A stretch of DNA of 64,000 nucleotides from Marsupella aquatica (lineage: Eukaryota > Plantae > Marchantiophyta), in assembly GCA_973895155.1 (NCBI GenBank), contig OZ316895.1, positions 7,242,184-7,306,183 of the forward strand. The letters are read 5' to 3'. The number at the start of each line of letters is the position of its first letter. Position 1 is the stretch's first letter. Under the pieces are notes generated by a model. That model was not told the DNA's origin. It saw nothing but the letters and a program-made list of their open reading frames with translations, and did no database searches. Positions 34,700 through 46,744 of the stretch are shown here, piece after piece. The position numbers and the translations under genes are program-made.

Positions 34700-37690
34700 T
34701 GAAAGTTTGTTTTGAAAGTATGGCATAGAGTAAAGCATGGTGACAACACAAAAGTCCCGTAAAAAATTAATGTGGCATAGAAGAAACCACATTCTCCAAC
34801 TGATAAAATAAATGGATGCAAACAACAGAACTGTGGAGGAAAGCATGGTGGCAAATAACAGTCCCCTAAAAAATTAAAAATATACCACCTTCTCCAACTG
34901 AGAAAATAAATAGATGCAAAGAACATAGCGCTCTAGAGGAAAATAGAGTCCCCTAAAAAAACTAGGTTCCCAACAGAGGACAATAAGTTTGAATAAAACA
35001 TAATCTATTCAAAAGGGAACATGCAAAGTACCTGAAGGGAAACCAGAAGAGGCCCCAAAAGGGACAAACAACAAGCACAAAAAGGGGGGGGGGGGGGTGC
35101 CATTGTATGAAGGGTCCTATATTGCGTGCAATATTTTCAGTTCTAGACCCCCTAACTTATAAGTGACAAATACATTTTTATTTGCCTTAGTTAATTTGTG
35201 TACTTAAAAGCTGCCATGTTTACTATGTTCACCCCTAAAAAATATTAAGTAAAGTTTTGTTTTGAATTAAACAACGCATATAAAGAAAAGATAAGTATCT
35301 CATAAGTGAGAGCCCAAAATTTTGCAATCATTCAATTTGCTTTGTCTTTCAACCCAATGCAATCTACTCCACGTCTCCACTTGATACTACATCCTACATC
35401 TCCTATAAGTCCAGAGACCATGAAACTAAATAAGAATTATTTTATGCTTGTCCAATCATCAACTTGTCGATGTTGCTCTCTACACTCAAATAGTGTAGCA
35501 TGGTGGGTACCATACACTATGAATAGTAAACTAGATACTATTGGTTGCCTATTCAAGGCACCAGTTTTATACCTTGTTTCACAAACCGTTGCATGACTGG
35601 ATTATTTTCATATAATAGAGGGAATTGACCCAATGAGAACTTCCAACTCATTTCCTTGAGCTCATGGCCTGAGAGAAGAAGTAGAGATGACTTTGAATTC
35701 ATGTCAGGTCACTTGAATGCAAAGGAAAGGCCTCCCAATACAAGTGGAACATTGAACACCTCAGCATGTGCTTATCACAAGATTTTCACAATTATATGAT
35801 AATGATAGAGTAAAATAAATACAAACTACATCCTAGTTAATCTTCAAAACAACTAGCAATACTCTTACTTGCAATTATAAACAAGACTAAAATCAACACA
35901 ACACAATACAAGATGCACAAACCTCTGGGATATGAAATTCAAGCTTTGCATTTCTTTTTTCTCCAAATTTCTCTTCTTGGTTTTAGTGTCTTCCTTCTCT
36001 TCTCATGCATCCAGACTTGAAACAATCATTACCTTGAGCCAGAAAAAAGTGTATTGAAACAAATGCTAGCAAAATGGAGAGCAACAACAGTCCATAACAA
36101 ACAAACAATCTGTTCTAAGACCTCCACAATGCACTGCAAGGTCCAGCGGTACTCCTCCTAGCCAACTTGTCTATCCACAATCTTGTTATGGAATCAAACT
36201 CTAACTTTTGACCTCTGCCCTGAAGCCCCAAACTATTTAAATTGAACATTTTAATTGGGCGGTACGTTGGCTGCCCCTTAATTCCCTAGCTTGAATCCCT
36301 GAATACCAAAAACCCTAGCCTAATCTAACCTAACCCTCAATTCCTACCAAAGTTCCAAATGATGGCCTCCTTAGGTTACACCCTTCCATAGCCATTATGT
36401 AGCCCTCCAGTAATAACAGCGGCAATCAAGGCCCCATAAAATTGCTTAACCTCTAAATATAAAGGCCCAAACCCTACTCCCATGCATACTTTTAGCCATT
36501 TTTTTGAGTAAAATGAAAAACACTATAATTTGGGAATACACATGTACCAATTGCATAGTGATAGGTGTAGCAATTAGAACAGACCATGAGTCCTATGCAT
36601 GTACATGACACAAAAAACCCTTCCTTTATTAGACAATTTCATGAAATATGACCTATTTAATGGGAGCCTATTGTTCTTTAAAGCGGACCAAAAAATTTAA
36701 TGGACCCTATTGTTCCTCCCCCACCAGAACAACACAGAGCATGGAGGAAGATATAGTTGAAATGGTCCCCACTAGATTGAATTTCCTCCTCGGGCTCAAA
36801 ATTCTCCACAAATAAAGGAAGTTGATTGTATGGTTGTGGAGAGATCATGAAGGGTAGTCAAGGTGACCTCACTGAGGGGAGTTGGCATGGTGGTGGAAAG
36901 GGCCTGGACTGCATGGCAATATTTGCTTGCCTGGCATAAACAACAAGCTCAAAATAAATGAATGCAAAGAACTGAACTGTAGATGAAAGCAGGGTGACAA
37001 ATGAGAGTCCCTTTAAAAATTAAAAAGAAACCACCTTCCCCGCTTGAGAAAATACTGAATGAATGCAGAAGAGATCTGTGGAGGAAAATAAAAAAGAAAT
37101 CACCTTCCCCAACTGAGAAAATAAATGGATGCAAAGAACAGAACCGTAGAGGAAACTAGGTAAGAAATCACCTTCCCCAACTGAGAAAATAAATGGATGC
37201 AAAGAACAGAACTGTAGAGGAAACTAGGTAAGAAATCACCTTCCCCAACTGAGAAAATAAATGGATGCAAAGAACAGAACTGTAGAGGAAAATAGAAACC
37301 ACCTTTCCCAACCTAGAATATAAATGGACGTAAAGAACATGAATGTACAGGAAAGCCAGGTGACCAAACAGAGTCCCCTAAAAAATCTAAAAAGAAATCA
37401 CCTTCCCCAACTGAGAAAATAAATGGATGCAAAGAACCCGAACTGTAGAGTAATATAAAAACCACTTTCCCCAACTGAGAAAAAAATAAATGGATGTAAA
37501 GAGCACAAGTGTAAAGGAAAGCCCGGTGACCAAATAACGTACTCTGAAAAAATAAAGAAATAAATAAAGTACTCTGAAAAAATAAATAAATAAACCACCT
37601 TCTCCAACTGAGAAAAAAATAAAAATAAATGGATGAAACGAACAGAACTGTAGAGGAACGCACGCACGGTGACGAAACAGAGTCCCCTTA
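34700..37690. repeat. About 64-bp minisatellite (with higher-order variants) split by about 2 kb of insertions
   Basis: AAATCACCTTCCCCAACTGAGAAAATAAATGGATGCAAAGAACAGAACTGTAGAGGAAA units at 34780-34960 and 36950-37690, near-perfect at 37096-37290. Confidence 0.85.
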
Positions 37691-37959
37691 ATTAAAACAC
37701 ACGCCGAGGACAAAAAGGACGAGGGCGGGGCCCTGTTACACCCCAAAACCCCCCCTCTGTAAACCACCGACAGCACGTGCTAGAGAGAGGACGGAATCAA
37801 GCAAAAGTCGGGGAAATTGCAAAAGGACGTGGACCTCCTGTGGAATCGAACAGCGAACGCTAATACGAAAAGGAGCCGGAGCTCTCCACAGGGCCAGCTA
37901 TGGAGAACGATCAGCGACAGTTCTAGCACACGCGCGAGCCTCATGACATCAGGTCGCGC

Positions 37960-38197
37960 ACCTTGTCACCACGGCCCTCCCACCAAAATTCCGCAAAAAG
38001 GTGACGAGCGCGACCTTGTCACCACGGCCCTCCCACCAAAATTCCGCAAAAAGGTGACGACGGTTCCCATCAGTGAACAAGTTGGTGCTGGGGCGGTACT
38101 GTTTCCTCTGCTCCGTTCATTCTGTGCGGAAGTGCGGGGCGAACAAGTTGGTGCTGCGGTGGTACTGTTTCCTCTGCTCTGTTCATTCTGTGCGGAG
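37960..38197. repeat. Two adjacent short direct duplications (52-bp and 66-bp period) in a CpG-rich block
   Basis: ACCTTGTCACCACGGCCCTCCCACCAAAATTCCGCAAAAAGGTGACGA twice, and GAACAAGTTGGTGCTG...GTACTGTTTCCTCTGCTC.GTTCATTCTGTGCGGA twice. Confidence 0.85.
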
Positions 38198-39693
38198 GCG
38201 CGAGACACGAGCCAGGGCCGAGGGTATTTATCACTATGGGTGAGCAGCCAGATCTGCCGCTTTCGGTGTGAACATGGGAAGCTTCAAGATTGGGAACACA
38301 GGGTATGTCTGCATCATCAGCTCTGCGTGGGCCGCACAGGGCAAAATTCACCGAGGCTCAATCGCTGGTAAATGGTCACGTGCCCAAACAGCGCCGCACC
38401 ATTGTTTGGATTTGGGTTCAGCCCTCCTAATTTGCGAAAGGCTAGTCAACTGTAGATTCGCTCAGAATTGACCCGGCCCGACACTAGATTGAGAGAGCTC
38501 GACGCTATATTATTGACGTGCGAGCTGGAGAGAAAGAGAGAGACTACAGTTTGGAGCTGCTGAACTGCTCAAGGTGTGAAAGTGAACAGCACAGGACTCC
38601 GTGAGAAATTTACTGGCCAAGTGGCGGAAGATTTACGGGTCCCACGTCGTAACTACGAAATCTTTCAGTCCAGGTCGTCAGTAGGGCTATTTCTGCGGCA
38701 CCTGTCATGTTCACGGAGCACACTGGGTCGCCGCCATCTTTAACTTGATGACTCTCTGACGTCCTATTGATTCGTTATTAGTGTGCATGTCTTTCTGATA
38801 AGAGTCACCTGGGCCCGAATGGCAACTGCAAAAGTGGTAGATAACAATTGGATGGTGGAATGCTCAATTGCGGAATGAACAGACCAGCAAATGACATTTT
38901 ACAGTTTTCAGACCAAAAGATACTCCTGCGTAATACAGGAATTATACTACACAGTAAGGGAGTCCAGCAAGTCCCGAGCCAGCCAAACGGGGCATATTCT
39001 TCACATCCATGAGTTGGGTTCTGGACAATAATTGTCTAGATTGCGATTAACCTTTACAGTGACACCCATCATTAATCTCTAGGGCTGCAATTCCGCTCCA
39101 TGTCCCCATCACACTTTCGGAGGATATGTAGCATTAGGAAAGGATGACCGTAGCTTACGGTCTTCCCATGAAGTCCACCCGAAAGCTACGTCATAGCTTA
39201 CAGCCATAAAGAGGCTCTGATGAGATCCCTCCAATCACAATGATGCTCTCCTTAAACCACAACTGCACTTCAAAAGCTCCGGGTTACTCGTAGCTACCAT
39301 TAAAAGAAGATTTTTCCTGAAATTGTGGAGAAAATCAACATGCTAGAGGAGAAGAGTGCATGCTAGAGAAGAAGAGTGATTGAAATGTGGAAAAAGTGAG
39401 AGATCTTGAACACTTCCCATTATATAGGGCAAGTTGTGGTTTAAAAGCTCAGATGAAGACCAATACATGGTTTATGTCCAATTTGATCTCAACAGCACTG
39501 CAAAATCTTCCCTGTATCTAAGAATGATCACATATTGTACAACTTAAAACGAAATTTCTTTCTACTATCATGCCAACTCGAAATCCGCAGTAACGCTTGC
39601 GTAACTAACCAAATTGAACCTAATAACCCTAGTTGTCACATACTGCACCTAATCTGGTTGTCTTGAAAACAAAGCTAATTCCGCATTTGAGAA

Positions 39694-41392
39694 TCAAACT
39701 ACGAAACGATACGTAACGTATCGACCAGCAGTTTCACTTGGTCGAATAATTTTGACCACCTGACCCCTCTTAAGGCCATAGTACCGGGAAACTGGATCGT
39801 TCTCCTGCATACGTGGCAACTGAACACAACAGACCAAATGCATGTTATTAGGTGTGTATCTCTGGGACTTTTAAGTCTTTCTGAGATCCTTCTTGGTAGA
39901 ATCCATTCATCGTAGCAACCACACATTATCTCTGACTGGAGCTTTGAGTACCCTGGTATCTAATGAGAATCTCCTTGGATCAGCAAGAGCAGCAACACTT
40001 TTGGAGGTCTCGACCCTTGAGATGTTGATAATGGGTCATCAAGGTGTATCAAGCCAAACAATTGTTTACGAATTAGGGTTCCCGTGAAAGGGCAGGACTT
40101 TGAAGACCAATTGATGGTCCACGAGATATCTAGCGAAAGGTCTTCCTACTAAGTCGACGGATCTTTCCCAATATTCGCATCAACCCTTTCTTGGTCCTCA
40201 TTAGGTGTCCAAATCCATGCAGCGTTGGAACAAAAACTGAACCTACCAAACATCCAGAAATTCTAGGGTTCACCAGAACTGTTTCCTGACTGTTCCCCGT
40301 GGCAGCTATGCACTCAATTTTTGGGGGCAAAATCCACCTAAATCCTGAGGAGTGGACTGGTGTGTCCCAGCATATAGTCCACCATGCCACTGGACCCCAA
40401 GGGAAAAGCTAGGGCTCACAATAAACGAGAGCATACCTGTGTCTCCTTCACCGTGTAGCGTTCCAATAGAGTTCTCTTTTCCTCTGTTGTTAGGACTTGG
40501 TGCTCCGGTACAAGCACATGCTCCTTGATGTTTACAAGCAACTCTGCTTCCTGGGAACCACCGCAATTCCAACCGACTAAGCCTTGCACCCATTAATCAA
40601 CAAATCAATCAACTACAAAGATACATTCCACGAACATAGGACCCTGTAGGTTACTCTAGGTTCTAAGATTACCTTCAAATTCCTACTTTGAACCCCCAAA
40701 ACCCCAGCTAGATGACGCTGTTATGAATGCAGGAGGACTATCGAAGTAAGTGATTGATACCTGGAAAACTTCAAGATGATACTTGCTTGACATTTCACTA
40801 ACACACTGCCTGGCAAAAGGGGTGAGATTCTGTTGCACAACAAGGATGGCACGTGTAACACTTTCTGCCTTCATTCGCTCTGCATAAGTCTTGATCGTCT
40901 TCACACCTACTTTCGCTTCCTCAGGAAAGAAAACAAAAATCTGCACGGAAAGCAGTCAATAAATCACACCCAGCATTGCGGATAGGACAACCCATGTTAA
41001 CCTAACAACTTGAAGAACATGCGATGTCCTTTGATGTTCCACTCGATCGAAAACATCCTTTAGAGAATGACACAAAACCCTAAAATTAAGTAAAAGCAAA
41101 AATGCATGTCGCCGAGCACACCACTTTTGCACAGGGAAAGGAAGGTGAGGAGCAGACAGAAAAAGCAGTGGCGAGAGCCTACCTGTTCGTCAGGGTTGCT
41201 GCGCTTCGTCTTGCGAAGGACGAGATCCTCACGCTTGGGCTCATCACCAAATTTCTCCCTGAACTGATCTTTCGAAAGCAAGAGTTCTACATCCGCTACC
41301 ACGTATTCTCTGTCTCTCAGCATCTGCATCACCGTCCGCCGAATTCGGTACAACCGCGTGCTCTGCTCGTCCAGCTGCTGATGAGTAGACAT
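39694..41392 (-). CDS. RPB5: DNA-directed RNA polymerase common subunit RPB5 (NRPB5-like), 4 exons, 209 aa
   Basis: Exons 41392-41183, 40940-40761, 40550-40437, 39819-39694, all GT-AG and phase 0. Translation [18 protein letters not shown]...[14 protein letters not shown]...[17 protein letters not shown]...[41 protein letters not shown]. Confidence 0.97.
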
Positions 41393-41776
41393 CGTTCCTT
41401 TTCAATTCCCGGTTCTTGCCCGTCAGCTTCTGCTCTTGCCTCCCGCCAACGCACAATTAACAACCCCCTCCGCTGAGCTTCTGTTTACATCCCACCTGAC
41501 GCGATTCTTGTGTTCATTCTCATGAGGACGATCTCAATCCCCACTCCCAGCCCAGCGACGCCAGACCTGTGACAAGACCTGGAATTTCATTCATTTCATT
41601 TCAGTTCAGTTCAGTAAGAGTAGGAATGCAGCGACATCGCACTGACTCAGAAATTGAGAAGAGTCTCGACTCTTGAATTCTTGATTCTGTTGCTCCTCTT
41701 CGACACTTCGAGCGCTTCGACGAAATGACGTGAATTCGGGGGAGAACAGAGAAGTGCTACGGCGAACAAGAAGAAA

Positions 41777-41798
41777 GGGGTTTACGAACGAGGGTTTA
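41777..41798 (-). promoter_or_regulatory. Telo-box-like elements upstream of RPB5
   Basis: AGGGTTTA (reverse TAAACCCT) at 41791-41798 and GGGGTTTA at about 41777, about 400 bp upstream of the ATG. Telo-boxes are typical of plant transcription/translation machinery genes. Confidence 0.4.
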
Positions 41799-42937
41799 AG
41801 AATGAAGGTTGGAATCGACGGCTGAGTCTACATCACAAGGTCAGGATGAAATACTGGCCGTGCATCCCAGCTTTCTTTTACATGGAATGTTTTTCTTTAG
41901 GCTTGCGAAGGAAAATGAAGCCCGGATAGACCCTTAGGTTTGTCAAAAAGCTCTCATGTATCTTTGCAACTCACATGGACCTCAGTTTACTCACAATGTC
42001 ACAGGGAATATTCCTCATTAATACATCCCAATCCCAATTCTACGGTTTCTGTCTCGGTCCATGAGAGCATCATTTTCCTTGCGAAGAGAGAATAAATTGA
42101 TTGGAAAAAGAGGCAACAAGTGAAACAGAGTGAAACAGAGTGAAATGGTGAAGGGAGCAGCAGAAGAAAAACAAGAAAAAATGTTAAGGAAAACCTACAT
42201 CCAGGTAACACTAAAACAGCTAAAATGCTGAACTAAATGTAAATGATAAACAAGTAAAATAGAGATTAGACCTTGATTTAAATGTTCTACATGTGCAAGC
42301 CTTAGATGATTAATTTTTGTTGCAGTAACCTAAACTTTAGATGTACTGGAAAAAAACAGAAAGTAATGCTCCCATGGACCACAAAGTTGGTCTTTTGAAA
42401 TCCCCATGGACTAAATTTCCCAAAAGTTCAGTTCAATTGTAATTGTAACAACTTGATGCTCATAAATTCAAATGAATTTTTTTCTTTTGAGGATGTGCTA
42501 GAGGAGTAGGTAAGCTACACGTGACAGTGAATTTGTGACCATTTTGGTTGAGTTATTCATTATGGAATGCAAAAGGGTACGTTCTACTAGATAGATTAAT
42601 TTTCATTGTGCTAATATGAAACATTAGGGTTTGTATTTTTGTTATGTCTACTCTAGTTGCCTTGAAGGTGAAAAACTAAAAATTATCTTAAGACTGACAA
42701 TCATCAAGTTATAAGCCCAAAGTTCCCATGGACTACCAAAATGTGGTCCACATGAGCACTATGTCTAACATGGAGGTCCATCAGGGCTTCACTTTTCAAA
42801 AAAGCATGGAACCTAGACAGATATATACAGTTGTAGCATGTTCATCAGTTTTTGTTTTATAGTGATACATTAATTACTTTTACAGTATCTCATACAAAAG
42901 ATTGTTACGGAAAAAGGTAATGAAAGTGATAGAAATA

Positions 42938-43657
42938 CACTATTCACCATAATTAGTGTTATGCAAGAATTTGTTGTGAAAACCGGCACGATACAACCAT
43001 GAGCAAGCATGCACCTAGAGACACCAAGAGATTGGTTCACCTCCACTGGAACACACAAGATCTTTACTAAGCTTTGGCCACCATGGCCACACAAGCCTCC
43101 TTGTCCAAGCTCTACTCCTAGCACCTAGCTAGCTCCCTCAACAACGAGCATGAGTCTCCAACAAGAACTCTCCCTAGCCCCTCCCTATATGCTAGATGCA
43201 AGAATCGCGGCTAATCACCATTAACAACCTAATGACAGTTTAGCCTAAGTAACAAAAAGTTAACTCAAGACTAGCATTAACTCTAATAGAATTAGCATTA
43301 GTACAAATTAGTGTTACAATTAACACTAATTTACTAACACTAATTTTGGTACAAATGATTTTGTGTCCAAATAACACTTATTTTGTCTGTTATTCAAATG
43401 GGTCTTTTCCACTTTTGTTTAAATTGCTAGTAAAACCATTAGATGATTTTGACTCCAAAGTAACAATAATTCTTGTGGATTTTCAAAAAAAAAAATTTCT
43501 TCTTCTAATTTTCCAGTCTTACAACTACAGTAACATTAATTCAAGTGCACCGAAATAGTCTTAGCACAATATTAGTGTGACTACCCGTAATTTGCGAGTA
43601 GACAGTGAAATTTGGCACTCTCAAATTAGTGTGTCACACTAATAATGGTGAACAGTG
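42938..43657. mobile_element. Non-autonomous CACTA/EnSpm-like TIR element
   Basis: Left CACTATTCACCATAATTAGTGT; right end reverse-complements to CACTGTTCACCATTATTAGTGT. TA on both flanks; subterminal ATTAGTGT/ACACTAAT repeats. Confidence 0.65.
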
Positions 43658-44909
43658 TACTTAAGTGTGATCTGAAAAATGAACATGTTAGAGCTAGTGA
43701 ATATAAGTAAGAACTTTAAAAAAAAATTGTCTTTAAGGGGAAACCTGTGAAACCCAACAAAAGGGAATAGTCCATTTAGACCTATGAACCTATGAGTCTC
43801 AACTCAAATGAGCTACCACACATTCATACCTCTCTGGGCTGGAATAAGGAACTTTGACACTACCATTACCAAACTTAACATTTAGCATGATATTATGTAA
43901 TAATCTGTGTAATATACAACATATAAAACAGTAAATGCAATGTATGTATGAGATCTATTTAGATGTCAGTATCAAGACTTTGAGTTACCTTTTAAAGTGG
44001 TTTTTCATAGTAGAGTGGTTAGGACATTTGAGGGTGATCATTGGACCATGAGGTAAAATCTCTACCATGTCATGCGTGTGAGTCGTCTTGCCAGTAGGCC
44101 AAAACAACAGGAACACCAGGAGACATGATCCCAAAGGCCAAAGGACCCAATAAAGTGGGGGAAAGGGATGACCCCAATAAGACCAAAGAGGTCAACAAAT
44201 TAAGGAGGATCCCACAAACACTAAAAGTCCACTAAGAAGCAAACAACAAACTAAAACCCTGCTGGATGGTAGACTGCAAAGCTTGGTAGAGCTCCGGAGC
44301 AAATGGCATAGGAGGGTCATGGAGGGGAATCTATCTAGAATCCCTGAAATCAACTACCTCGACTCTATGAAGAATCATGAAAACCTGGGCCCTCTGAAGT
44401 GTCATTGACACCCTCTGTCAAAAGAAGGCCATGAGAACATAAACCTTTCGACAGAGGTTTTCACGATTCTGTATCGTGTTTGGACCACTTCTGAAAATGT
44501 GATGACAATTGGAAACTGAGAAATGATTTTGGAGACTCTCAATTGTCCGTCACATTGTAAAAGCTGGGATTTTTCAAAGGGGTTTAATGGTGGTAATATA
44601 GGACCTTGTATTAAAAATAATATTTTTGTACTTGTTTGGATCAAGCAACCATGGGTTGGCCAAGCAACCATGGGTTGGCCAATTCAGCCACAGTACGATC
44701 AGGAGGCAAAGAACAAGGAGAGCAATATCTTTGTTTTGACACAGGTGCAAAGTAGTTGGAGCTGAGAGCACCTTCTTGGCCAAAATCTGCAAGTTGGCTG
44801 AAGTCTCGTACTGCCTTCTTTTTTATTGGAAGGTTTCTGTCGTGTCCTAAGTGGACATAGTTAAATAAATGTTGGCAGAAGACTGGCAAATAGATGTGGA
44901 CTGCAGGAG

Positions 44910-45298
44910 GGTGATCAGCATTGGGTCACCATAGCACCTAACATGTTGATGGTAATCAAGCCCACTAGTCTTTACTGCCGTACCTTTCTTATTCCACATG
45001 GATTGTTTACTGTCTATGAACAATTCCAGCGAGAGAACAGAAATCTCGTAATCACAAGGTAGTACTCATGAGAGTACGAATCAGTTCAAATGATGACCAG
45101 TCGCCTTGGTACAAAGGCGGGTCCTCCCTAAAGTACCTGAGTACCTGACTGGTTTCAAATCATTACCAGGTATGGGCATTTATAGTACAGGCCATCATTC
45201 AGAATTTTTACTACAACGAATACCGTACTCCAATACAATACAGAAAAATTATTACCTTAAGATTTGTCAGGTGCTATGGTGACCCAATACTGATTACC
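44910..45298. mobile_element. About 390-bp element with about 35-bp terminal inverted repeats (MITE-like)
   Basis: GGTGATCAGCATTGGGTCACCATAGCACCTAACA versus the reverse complement of TGTCAGGTGCTATGGTGACCCAATACTGATTACC. No clear TSD. Confidence 0.65.
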
Positions 45299-46744
45299 TG
45301 GCAAAACAAAATGTGCAGGGGGAAGGGAACTTGCAGGCTGTAGGAATATACTCTTTCGCATTTGGTTGTTCTAGTCAAATACAAGGAGACAGTTATACAA
45401 CCGCCCAAAGGATCTAGAGTAAGTGGATGATCGCCCTGAATGCTTTAATTGATAGCCTGAGAATCCGTCGCACCTTCACTAGGCATAGGGTCGAATTTCA
45501 TATCCACAGCTGGACCACGGAATTAAGTAGTCGACTATCTCGGTTTCATATAGCACCGATGTAACATCATTGGTGCCTTGCAAACCGAAGTGCAACGCAC
45601 CCAGCACTGTAGTAGGAATGTGTCTGACAGTGGATTACTCACCCAAAATTAGAAATCGCAGCACATCCATTGTACACTCAGCTTGTTCAAGTACATTTAC
45701 ATTTAATACACTACCATTGCAAGAATAGTGACAGATAATCTCACAACCTACGTAAATTCAAATCGCGATGAAAGATTCCCTGCTAGATCAAGACAATGAA
45801 GGGAAAGATCTCACTCTATTGTCCTCGATGAAGTATATAAAGAACCCTGATATTGGCGTCAAAAAACAAGTCAGCCCTCTTTGCCCATTATAATCTATAC
45901 CGACATCGTGTGTCAATGAGACCTTCCCAACAGCCAAATACTCTTCAGTATTTCTGGAGGGACGATGCATCACACACAGGAAAAAACCGGTGATTAATCC
46001 AAGACAGTAACATCAGATCTTTAAACATGACCAGGGAACAGTCCATTCCAGTGAGTCTCCAGCTGCCACTTTCTTCAACTACTGAGATGCTTTAGCCTCG
46101 TAAGGTACCATGGAGTACAATAGTCCATCACTTGGGACCCGGTACTTTACAACAATTGCAAAGAGACCAGATGCCTCCTATGTACAAAGCGGAAATGTTA
46201 ACTGGAACGATAAATTAAGGTAACTCCAACCCTGCAGGGAAACGGTTACAATGGCAAACACTTCGGTATCAGCATGGTTAACTACGATAATGTCCGATCA
46301 CAAAATTAGGAATAAAGGTAACTTGCAGTACAGTGGTAGTTGACTGTTTATGAACAGCAAATGTACTGAAGCCAAAAGAATTCAGCTTACCCTTTGAAGC
46401 TGTAAGCCAGTGGACAAGGTCAAACCGAGGGAATTCAGTTTCAACCTTGCCAAAAACGATTCTACATATTTACTTCCTTCGTAAGCAGACATTGGAAGGC
46501 AAGTGAGGTTGCTAAGTACAAGCCCTCCAACAAAGTTTCTCAACATCCAGGCCCCGGTCCCTTACGTTGAACATGTATTTCTCTGCAAAGGTTCTCATCG
46601 ACCTGCAATGCAAGCTGCTGCCTCCCACTGTGATGGTCCATCGGAGAGGTTTTATTTAGTAGACAAAAACCTTCTCATACGGTTTCGTCTGAAAGGGTCA
46701 GGCTTCTCCACAAGGACGGAATGATCCAAGAGCTAAACTCAACA

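Noticed and set aside
35307-36610. 1.3-kb TG...CA solo LTR splitting the older MITE copy
   Set aside because: The ends look LTR-like but the flanking 5-mers (ATAAG versus CAAAA) do not match, so the boundaries are unsupported.
1310-37690. Regularly spaced repeats (1.3-2.0 kb, 27.6-28.0 kb, 28.8-29.3 kb, 37.0-37.7 kb) as CRISPR-like arrays
   Set aside because: Whole units repeat with no unique spacers, there are no cas genes, and the context is eukaryotic with introns.
40683-41392. RPB5 as a truncated pseudogene (only two pieces appear in the ORF track)
   Set aside because: The missing exons are present at 40437-40550 and 39694-39819, so the gene is complete.
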